From Acidimicrobiia bacterium (GTDB taxonomy: Bacteria > Actinomycetota > Acidimicrobiia > Spongiisociales > Spongiisociaceae), in NCBI GenBank assembly GCA_041576165.1, contig JBFGLM010000026.1, positions 1 through 64,000 on the forward strand: a DNA stretch of 64,000 nt. The letters are read 5' to 3'. How positions within the stretch are numbered: position 1 is the first letter of the stretch; every line of letters begins with the position of its first letter. The translations under genes and the position numbers were made by a program. Below the pieces are notes generated by a model that worked only from the letters and a program-made list of their open reading frames with translations, was not told the origin of the DNA and did not search any database. This document shows positions 56,717 to 64,000 of this stretch, one piece after another.

Positions 56717-57178
56717 CTACTGACCGGGTTCGGGACGGCCCTCGTGATGGCGGCGGCCGTGCGAGCGCCGCGCCTCCTTCGTCTCCGATTCGAAGACGTG
56801 GCGCCGCCCCGCAATGAGTTGCTCCCGGCAGGTAGCTTCAAATCGGGAGATGGGTGCCCAGTACGTCGCGTCGTACTCCTCGACTATCTGAAACGTCCAC
56901 CGTCCTTCGAGGACATTGCGGCCGATGTATGCATCTGCCAATTCGGACGCAACATCCTCATGGCCCGCCTCTCGCAGGAGATCAGCCGCCTCACCGAACA
57001 GCATGTCAGCGCGGCCGGTCAACTGGTGGAAGTCGTAGAGGCGGCCGCGGGCGCGTTCAACCCACTCCAATGCCTCCGAGAGCTTTCCAAGCGCTTCCAC
57101 CGTTTCGTCTGTGACGCCGGCGGGCCGACGATGGTGTTCGAGCCAGGGCTGATCGACCGCAGGTGTTTGATCGGACAT
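56717..57178 (-). CDS. Conserved actinobacterial hypothetical protein
   Basis: TVEALGKLSEALE.VERARG.LY.FHQLTG, GRWTFQIVEEYD, GRRHVFE. Confidence 0.8.
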   Translation of the reverse strand: MSDQTPAVDQPWLEHHRRPAGVTDETVEALGKLSEALEWVERARGRLYDFHQLTGRADMLFGEAADLLREAGHEDVASELADAYIGRNVLEGRWTFQIVEEYDATYWAPISRFEATCREQLIAGRRHVFESETKEARRSHGRRHHEGRPEPGQ

Positions 57179-57248
57179 CGGGCCAGCCTAGATTCAGGAA
57201 CCAACCCTGCTCCACCCGTCACTCGAGGAGCCCGCAAAGTTCTCGCCC

Positions 57249-58550
57249 TTACTTGATCAGCGCGCGAATCCGGTCCTTGTCATCCTGCATCGCATTCGAC
57301 GCCTCGACGGTGTCGACAATCTGTTCGATGACGTGGTCGATCGGCGCCACCGGGCCCGGCAGGTCGCGCCGTGCCACCTCGGACCGGAGAGTGAGCAGAG
57401 TTTGGATCATGGTGGCGGCCACGTCGATGTCGCCTGCGCCATACCTCCGGATCTGATCGAAAGCCGCGCTCAGGTAGTCGGCGTGATCAAGATCAGTCCT
57501 TATCAGCGTTCGGCCATCGGTGGTGATTCGGCGCGTGCCGGCCGCGGTCTCCCACAATGCGAGCATCACCTCGCCCAAGTGCACGATGAGATCATTGGCT
57601 GTATTGGGGTCGTTGACTCCCGGAGAGAGCGCCCGGAGGGCGATATCAACCATCTGCAGGATGCCAAACCCGATGTCCTGCTGCATGGTGCGGGTGTCGC
57701 CAATCGCGATGTTGTTCCGTATCTCGCCGAAAGACTGTTCGTCAGTTGGGGGCGGCCAGACCCACAGCAGCGGGGTCCCCCGCATCGCATACGAGCCGAG
57801 GGTAGCCACCAGCAGGGCGGTGGCACCCTCAGGCAGCGCCTGCATCAGACCGGCTTCGTCGATTTGCTGGACCCATCCGCTGGTGTCGGCTTCGACCGGG
57901 ACTGCCTCATCGGGAATGGCGGCCCGCTCAGAGGGTGAGATTCCCGCTACCGGGGCCATCGCGGGGTGCGCCAATCGGATCAGTCGATCTTCGTCTCGTA
58001 CGAGATCTATCGTTTCTCTAGCGATGCGCCCGGCCACGGACCCCACCCGTAGGCTGTCGGCGAGATGATCGACCGATCTGACGACGGCTATCAGCGACAC
58101 CACGCCGAGGAACACCGCCACCAGTACCGTGGCGTGTGGGGTTTGAGCTTCGCCTTCGGCAAAGGAACGGGTCAGCCGCAACGCCAGCAGGCAGAACACC
58201 GTCGTCCCCAGCACGATGCCGATCGTCATTTGCTGGGTGCGGTCACCGATCCAGTCGCGGAGGGTGCGAGGCGAGAACTGGGTATTCCCGAGCTGGACCG
58301 CCACCAGCATCAGCGAGAGGAGCAGCGTGATCGATGCGATCAGTCCTCCGGCAATAGTCGACAGAATCGCTCGACCGCTGCCGACGGTCGTCTCCAGCGC
58401 TCGCGGGATCGGATCATCTCCAATGGCTCGATCTACCCACAGCATCAGCTGAGCCAGGCCAACGCTGATCGCTACGAAGCTCAACGGGATGAACAGCAAC
58501 CGGTGACGCACGCGGTCGAGGGTTTGGCGGAGGCGGACAATCGATCTCAC
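57249..58550 (-). CDS. DUF2254 family membrane protein
   Basis: QFSPR, SGWVQQID, RTMQQD..FG...VDIALRALSPGVNDPNTA. Confidence 0.88.
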   Translation of the reverse strand: MRSIVRLRQTLDRVRHRLLFIPLSFVAISVGLAQLMLWVDRAIGDDPIPRALETTVGSGRAILSTIAGGLIASITLLLSLMLVAVQLGNTQFSPRTLRDWIGDRTQQMTIGIVLGTTVFCLLALRLTRSFAEGEAQTPHATVLVAVFLGVVSLIAVVRSVDHLADSLRVGSVAGRIARETIDLVRDEDRLIRLAHPAMAPVAGISPSERAAIPDEAVPVEADTSGWVQQIDEAGLMQALPEGATALLVATLGSYAMRGTPLLWVWPPPTDEQSFGEIRNNIAIGDTRTMQQDIGFGILQMVDIALRALSPGVNDPNTANDLIVHLGEVMLALWETAAGTRRITTDGRTLIRTDLDHADYLSAAFDQIRRYGAGDIDVAATMIQTLLTLRSEVARRDLPGPVAPIDHVIEQIVDTVEASNAMQDDKDRIRALIK

Positions 58551-58754
58551 TAGGTCGACTCCGGGCGGATCGGAGCCGACACAAACCCGGCGTGCCAGCC
58601 TTCCGATATCCCGGACCGGCACCCGTGACGTTCGGCCACCGGCAACCCACGGACGGTCTCCGGCGAGGGGGCGATGAGTCCGTAAACGAAAAGCAATACC
58701 AGGCCGACCGGTACCGCGGCCACGGTCACTCCTTCAGATTGCGATACGTCCAAC

Positions 58755-58781
58755 GTACCCGGCGAGGAGAGAGCCTCAAAC
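58755..58781 (-). promoter_or_regulatory. SigB/SigF-type promoter
   Basis: GTTT-N17-GGGTAC. Confidence 0.65.
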
Positions 58782-58819
58782 TCCCGCGTAACCCTCTCGG
58801 GCAACCTCGCAACCCACGG

Positions 58820-59668
58820 TCACGGGCGGGAGCCGGCCGTCACGTCCTCGACCCGGGGGCGACGGTCGATCGGGCGCCGTGCGAGATAGCCGATGTAGAT
58901 GGGTGCCACCTGTGCCAGGCCAAACAGCGCCACGAGCACCACCACCAAGGTGCGCGCGGCCGAGGCCGCCTGCTCGACCTGCAGTCGCGTTGCCGCAACG
59001 GTTTCCTCTGCCCGGCCGGCGGTGGCGTCGTATGCGGCCAGCAGCTCCACGGCGGTCTCGAGATCGGCACCAATGGCCGCCAGGCTGGCCTCGAGCTCTT
59101 GGGCAGTTTGGGCGAATGCGTCAAAGTCTGTCGCTACCCCGGCGAGCGCGTCCGCTTGGCTGCGCAACCGGTCCTCCAACTCCAGGAGGTCGGCGTCGAT
59201 CGACCGTAGCGGAGTCTCGATCGGCTCGACTGGCCCCACCGAGATCCCGAACACGCTGATAGCGTTCAGCGCATCGGTCAACGCCGCCCCACTTCTGATC
59301 AGCGGCGGCAGCGCCCCCCGTACCGAACTGATGCTGCGCGGCAGCTCGTCGGAAGCAACCGTTCGCACTTCATCGAAGAGACCCCCGATCTCGCCGAGCG
59401 TCCCAGACGCATCCCCCAGCGAGGTCTCAACCGTCGCAACCCCCTCGCTCACGGTCTCAACCGCCCCGACGGCGACGTGAATGGTGTCATCGACGGCCGC
59501 TAGAGCCTCTTCGCTTATCGTCAGGCTGGTCTCGACGCTCTGGGCCAGTTCGTCGACGAGCCGCCAGCCGAAGACACCGGCCAGAATCGACACCACGATA
59601 CCGATGAGGCCAATCGCCATCATCACGGCGCCGGCGTTGCGTCCGGGGCGAACGAATTCGACAGACAC
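58820..59668 (-). CDS. Membrane-anchored helical/coiled-coil hypothetical protein
   Basis: N- and C-terminal TM segments flanking an acidic helical region; GAGGAG RBS before GTG 59668. Confidence 0.7.
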   Translation of the reverse strand: MSVEFVRPGRNAGAVMMAIGLIGIVVSILAGVFGWRLVDELAQSVETSLTISEEALAAVDDTIHVAVGAVETVSEGVATVETSLGDASGTLGEIGGLFDEVRTVASDELPRSISSVRGALPPLIRSGAALTDALNAISVFGISVGPVEPIETPLRSIDADLLELEDRLRSQADALAGVATDFDAFAQTAQELEASLAAIGADLETAVELLAAYDATAGRAEETVAATRLQVEQAASAARTLVVVLVALFGLAQVAPIYIGYLARRPIDRRPRVEDVTAGSRP

Positions 59669-59699
59669 GGAGCTCCTCACACTCGCTCTCCATCGTGCA

Positions 59700-59725
59700 A
59701 TACCCGATTGCCCTCGAGGACAATC
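59700..59725 (-). promoter_or_regulatory. SigB/SigF-type promoter
   Basis: GATT-N16-GGGTAT. Confidence 0.65.
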
Positions 59726-59732
59726 ATCACGC

Positions 59733-59759
59733 GTTTCAGGCAAGGCTCGTTGCGGGTAA
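59733..59759 (+). promoter_or_regulatory. SigB/SigF-type promoter (ABC operon)
   Basis: GTTT-N17-GGGTAA. Confidence 0.65.
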
Positions 59760-59789
59760 GAGAGATGCGCACGAAACAGGAGTTGAGGC

Positions 59790-60806
59790 GTGGCGCTACC
59801 AAGTGTCGGGATACCGGCCACCGGGCTGCCCGCAAGTCAGAACTTCGACGCGACAACGATGGTGGAGGCAATTGAAGCCACCCGAGTATTCGCGTCCGGT
59901 GACGGCGTGCGGGACATCAACCTGGAGGTGCCGAAAGGCACCATATTCGGATTCATCGGTCCGTCGGGATCGGGAAAAACTACCACCGTTCGGCTACTCA
60001 CCGGCACCACCCGTCCCGACTCGGGCACGGTTCGAGTGCTGGGACGTGACCCGGCGGGATTCGGTTCAGCCGAACGGGCTCGGATCGGGTACATGCCACA
60101 GCTATCTGTGCTGTACGACGACCTCTCCGTCCACGAAAACCTGTCGTTCTACTCGGCGCTGTACGGCATGCGGCACAGCCGTCAGCAACGAGCCGAGCTG
60201 CTGGAGTTCGTCGAACTGAGCGGGTACGAGCAAAGCCGGGTTCGACAGATATCCGGTGGAATGCGGCGCCGCCTGAGCTTGGCGGCGACGCTGGTGCACG
60301 ACCCCGAAGTCATCTTTCTGGACGAACCCACGGCCGGCATCGATCCGGTGTTACGGCGCAAGTTCTGGGATCGCTTCGTCGACCTCAAGCACGACGGCCG
60401 CACGCTCTTCGTCACCACCCAATACGTGGGAGAAGCGGCGTATTGCGACCGGGTCGGTGTGCTGTCGGACGGCGAGCTGATTCTGATCGAGACCCCCGAC
60501 GAACTGCGCCGCCGGGCCTATGGGGGCGACGTGCTGGCGTTGCGCTTCACCGAGCCCCCATCCGGTCCGCTGGTTGCCGCGGTTACCGAGCATCTCCAGG
60601 CCGTGTCCCACACCCGAGCCGACTTCCACACCCTGCGCGCGGTGGTCGATGATGCCGCGACCCGGCTTCCGGTTCTGTCTGCGTGGCTGGCGGACCAGGG
60701 CATCAAGATCGAGTCGGCTGAGGAACTGGTACCCCCGTTCGACGACGTCTTCGTCGAGCTGATCGAACAGCACCGCCGGCTGGTTGCGGAAAACCGAAAT
60801 GACTGA
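59790..60806 (+). CDS. ABC-2 type transporter ATP-binding protein
   Basis: GPSGSGKT, ISGGMRRR, LDEPTAG, TTQY. Confidence 0.92.
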   Translation: MALPSVGIPATGLPASQNFDATTMVEAIEATRVFASGDGVRDINLEVPKGTIFGFIGPSGSGKTTTVRLLTGTTRPDSGTVRVLGRDPAGFGSAERARIGYMPQLSVLYDDLSVHENLSFYSALYGMRHSRQQRAELLEFVELSGYEQSRVRQISGGMRRRLSLAATLVHDPEVIFLDEPTAGIDPVLRRKFWDRFVDLKHDGRTLFVTTQYVGEAAYCDRVGVLSDGELILIETPDELRRRAYGGDVLALRFTEPPSGPLVAAVTEHLQAVSHTRADFHTLRAVVDDAATRLPVLSAWLADQGIKIESAEELVPPFDDVFVELIEQHRRLVAENRND

Positions 60807-62322
60807 TCGACTGGTCAGCGCGGTCGTGCGGACCAGCGCCTTCATCCGCAAAGAGGTGGTAGCGGTACTTCGCCAGCCGCGGCTGGTCTTGACGCTGATT
60901 GTCGGCCCGTTCGCCATCCTCGCGCTGTTCGGGGTCGGCTACCGCACGGAGAACCCGGACGTCCGAGCCATCTTCGTGGCGGATCCGTCCAGCGAACTGG
61001 CACGAGAGATCGAACAGCGCATCACCGAAGCGAGCGACGATGTCACGCTGGTCGACATCACCGCCGACGCCGACGAAGCCGGCCGAGCTCTGCGCCGGGG
61101 ACTCACCGACATCGTGGTGATCGCACCGCAGGACCCGGTGACCACGGTCAAACGCGGGGAGCAGGCGGAGTTCACGGTGCTCCACGACCAGCTGGATCCG
61201 TTCGAGCGGGCCACACTTTCCCTGATTGCCCGCGCCACCGTCGACACGGTGAACCGCCGGGTGCTCGAACAGCTGGTGAGAACCGGTCAGGCGGAGACTG
61301 AGGACGTCGAGTCGGCATTACCGCTGGCGATCGATTCGGTCCGGGCCATGCGCGTGTCATTGGAAGCCGGGGACGTGGCCGAGGCACGCCGCCACCGCCG
61401 TGAGGCGGCGGCCGAGCTGTCGGCACTCGAGCGGGAGCTGGGTGGCCGCACTGGAGTCTTGGCCTCGATCGAACAGCAGGTCGACGGTGCCGAGCCGTCC
61501 GCCGACGTTTCGGGTGAACTCGGCGAACTCCAGCGGCTCCTGACGGACATAGAGCTGGAGGACGGTGGCCGGCCATTGGACAGCGAAGTCGAGCAGGTCG
61601 CCGAAGTGGAAGCACGCTTGGAGGAGATCCGGGATGTGATCTCCGAGTTTCGGGCGGTCGATGCGGCCGTGCTCGTCAGCCCCTTCGGTGTCGAGACTTC
61701 CACCATCTCAGCGATCGACCTGTCGTTGAACGACTTCTACGCACCGGGTGTGATCGCTCTGCTGCTCCAGCACTTGTCGATCACCTTCGCCGGCCTGTCG
61801 TTCGTCAAAGAACGCCAGATCGGAGCAACAGAGGTCTTCCGAGTCTCCCCAATCCGGACCGCCGAACTGCTGTTGGGCAAGTTCCTGGGGTATTTCGTCT
61901 TCGCCGGGCTGGTAGCGGTGGCGCTCAGCATCCTGACGTTGTACGTGGTCGGCACCCCGTTGGCGGGCTCGATGGTCGACTACGCGGTGGTGATCGTATT
62001 GTTGATTGCGGCGTCGCTGGGCGTCGGCTTCCTGCTCTCCACCTTGGTCACGTCCGACAGTCAAGCCATCAACCTGGCCATGATCATCCTGCTCGTGAGC
62101 ATCTTCTTCTCGGGCTTCTTCCTCTCACTGGAACGACTCGAGCCGGTGGTCCGGGCGGTCTCCTGGGCATTGCCGATCACCCACGCCATAGATTCGCTGC
62201 GCGACGTCATGTTTCGCGGTGAATCGATCGAGGCCCGCACCTGGCTGGCACTCGGGGGCGGATCGATCGCGTTGTTCTCGGCGTCCATCTTCATGATCCG
62301 GCGCAGGCTGACCGTCTCTTGA
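60799..62322 (+). CDS. ABC-2 type transporter permease with a large extracytoplasmic helical insert
   Basis: KE...VLRQPR, FYAPG, VKERQ.G..E, GK..GY, FFSGF, LP.TH. Confidence 0.88.
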   Translation: MTDRLVSAVVRTSAFIRKEVVAVLRQPRLVLTLIVGPFAILALFGVGYRTENPDVRAIFVADPSSELAREIEQRITEASDDVTLVDITADADEAGRALRRGLTDIVVIAPQDPVTTVKRGEQAEFTVLHDQLDPFERATLSLIARATVDTVNRRVLEQLVRTGQAETEDVESALPLAIDSVRAMRVSLEAGDVAEARRHRREAAAELSALERELGGRTGVLASIEQQVDGAEPSADVSGELGELQRLLTDIELEDGGRPLDSEVEQVAEVEARLEEIRDVISEFRAVDAAVLVSPFGVETSTISAIDLSLNDFYAPGVIALLLQHLSITFAGLSFVKERQIGATEVFRVSPIRTAELLLGKFLGYFVFAGLVAVALSILTLYVVGTPLAGSMVDYAVVIVLLIAASLGVGFLLSTLVTSDSQAINLAMIILLVSIFFSGFFLSLERLEPVVRAVSWALPITHAIDSLRDVMFRGESIEARTWLALGGGSIALFSASIFMIRRRLTVS

Positions 62323-62365
62323 GTCCCGGGTGCCCGGCGGGGAACGCCTCCCTCGAAGGACCAGT

Positions 62366-62391
62366 GTTTCCGCCCGGTTCCGGCGGGGTAA
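62366..62391 (+). promoter_or_regulatory. SigB/SigF-type promoter (AI-2E gene)
   Basis: GTTT-N16-GGGTAA. Confidence 0.7.
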
Positions 62392-62459
62392 AAGTCGGTA
62401 TCAGCCCGGCCCGGTGGGGAGCCCACCGGCGGCTGTGAAAGGAGCATCGGACACGCATC

Positions 62460-63656
62460 GTGCCACGTCGAACCCCGCAAGACGGCCCGCGCCGCGCCCT
62501 CAAGCCGGCCGCCGGGCAGAACGGCCTCACGAGTGAGCATCTAGAACCGGAATCTCGACAGCCGTTCCAGTGGCCACCCGTTACCTACTGGGCCCGGGTG
62601 GCGGCAGTGGTCGCAGCGATCGTGGTGCTGATGCAGGTGCTGTCGGTGGTTCGCGACGCCATCCTCGTGATCATCGCTTCCTTCGTTTTCGCCATCGGCC
62701 TGCAGCCTGCCGTGGAACGGCTGGAGCGGCACGGGTGGTCGCGAAGCGTCGGGGTGGGCCTCATCCTGGCGGCGTTCGGTATTCCGGTTTTGGTGCTCAT
62801 CGGCCTGATCGTCCCGGTTGTCGTCAGTCAGCTGGCGGCGCTCGGGATGGAGCTGCCGGACCAGCTGGAGCGGTTGCGCAGCTCGTCTGAGTTTTTCGTT
62901 CGGATCGACCGCCAGATCGACGTGGAGTCGATAGTCAGCTCGTTGACCAGCCACGCTCAGACTGCCCTGCCCGGGGTACTGCGCTCCGGAGCCGGTTTCG
63001 TGTTCAACTTGGTAACAGTTCTGGTATTGACCCCGTACTTTGCGGTGGCGCTTCCCCGGATGAAGCTGTGGATCGTCCGCCTCTTCGAACGGCCTCTCCG
63101 CGCCGACATCCTCCACGTGCTAGCCGAATCATCCGGCCTGGTGTCGAGCTACATCGCCGGGAACATTCTCATCAGTGTTATCGCCTTCGCCGTCAGCCTG
63201 GTCGGCTTCTGGGTCCTCGATATTCCCTACCCGGTGGCGCTGGCGGCATGGATCGCCCTCACCGACCTGATCCCAGTCGTCGGAGCGGCACTGGGAGCGG
63301 CGGTGGCGCTCATGGTGGCCGGCTTCGTCGGCGGGTTCGAGATGATTGCCACCGGCCTGTTCCTCGCCGCATATCAGCAGGTGGAGAACTACGTGATCGC
63401 GCCCAAGGTGATGCGGCGCGCGGTCAACGTGACGCCGCCGATGGTGATTGTGGCGCTCATGGTGGGCGGTTCGCTGGCCGGCTTCATCGGCGCCCTGCTG
63501 GCGCTGCCGGTGGCGGCCATGCTCAAGGTCGTCGTCACCGAGTTCTATCTGCGGCGACGGATCGATCGCGTTCGGGCCTCCAACGGAGCCCACGACGCCG
63601 ACCTGGCCGCGCTCACGATTCGACCCGAGCTGGGCCGCCGGCCCCTCCCAGACTGA
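62460..63656 (+). CDS. AI-2E family transporter
   Basis: L.P.V..LER, LIPVVGA, YQQVENYVIAP.VM, GALLALPVAA. Start uncertain. Confidence 0.9.
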   Translation: MPRRTPQDGPRRALKPAAGQNGLTSEHLEPESRQPFQWPPVTYWARVAAVVAAIVVLMQVLSVVRDAILVIIASFVFAIGLQPAVERLERHGWSRSVGVGLILAAFGIPVLVLIGLIVPVVVSQLAALGMELPDQLERLRSSSEFFVRIDRQIDVESIVSSLTSHAQTALPGVLRSGAGFVFNLVTVLVLTPYFAVALPRMKLWIVRLFERPLRADILHVLAESSGLVSSYIAGNILISVIAFAVSLVGFWVLDIPYPVALAAWIALTDLIPVVGAALGAAVALMVAGFVGGFEMIATGLFLAAYQQVENYVIAPKVMRRAVNVTPPMVIVALMVGGSLAGFIGALLALPVAAMLKVVVTEFYLRRRIDRVRASNGAHDADLAALTIRPELGRRPLPD

Positions 63657-63675
63657 GCAGCTGCAGCTGGGCCCG

Positions 63676-64000
63676 TCACCCCCGGCTGCGCCACAGGAGC
63701 GCCCGCAGTGCGCGGACCGCCACCCGCGCCAGCCCACTCCGATCCCGCAGCGGAAGGTCCGATAACTCCACCCGGCCCCGATCGATCGCTCCCACGGAGG
63801 CGGACCCGTGCGGTCGAGATGCTCCAACAGCTCCGGACGATCGTCCGCCAACCCGTGCTCCTCCAGCGTGGCGTCCCACCACCTGCGAGCGCATGCGTAG
63901 CCGAGCGAAAAGTCGCTCTGGCGCAGCTCCTGGGACAGAAACCCGGCGAAGTCGCCGAGCAGCTCGCCGGCCAGCAGACCGGGCACATCGCGGCGCTCCG
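63676..64000 (-). pseudogene. 3' end of a gene entering from the right edge (possibly patatin-like), apparently frameshifted near 63785
   Basis: LAGELLGDFAGFLSQELRQSDFSLGY in one frame; the plausible C-terminus DRGRVELSDLPLRDRSGLARVAVRALRALLWRSRG-stop is in the -1 frame. Confidence 0.45.

Noticed and set aside
1-64000. CRISPR arrays, tRNA/rRNA, IS elements, integrases, prophage genes
   Set aside because: No regularly spaced repeats, cloverleaf/rRNA signatures, or transposase/integrase motifs were seen by eye; a covariance-model search was not possible.

Overview
High-GC actinobacterial-type chromosomal window (gene content suggests Acidimicrobiia; inference). No rRNA, tRNA, CRISPR or mobile element was recognised. 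From left to right it contains: the 5' part of a giant secreted DUF11/beta-propeller/SdrD-B repeat protein (over 2240 aa, absent from the ORF track) behind a sigma-28-like promoter; an RNase HI-YspA/SLOG fusion; paaABCDE plus PaaR with a perfect operator; an SQR-DUF1641-TusE-DsrE-DUF302 sulfur-relay operon; an NrtR-controlled nadR-pnuC NAD salvage operon; a SoxR-controlled atypical split transketolase; and dinG, dinB, surE and mog. From about 46 to 64 kb there is a general-stress island with a SigB/SigF-type sigma factor, three RsbW-like proteins and 12 matching GTTT-N15-17-GGGTA promoters. The best candidate for an undescribed system is at 42173-46173. A 1247-aa SARP/BTAD-AAA-TPR-HTH regulator is followed by an unannotated 30-codon ORF with its own RBS and terminator. 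That ORF is a signal peptide plus the hexapeptide NIGNWG, the layout of RRNPP/arbitrium-like peptide signalling but with a STAND-type receptor. All calls come from reading the sequence by eye; no searches were run.
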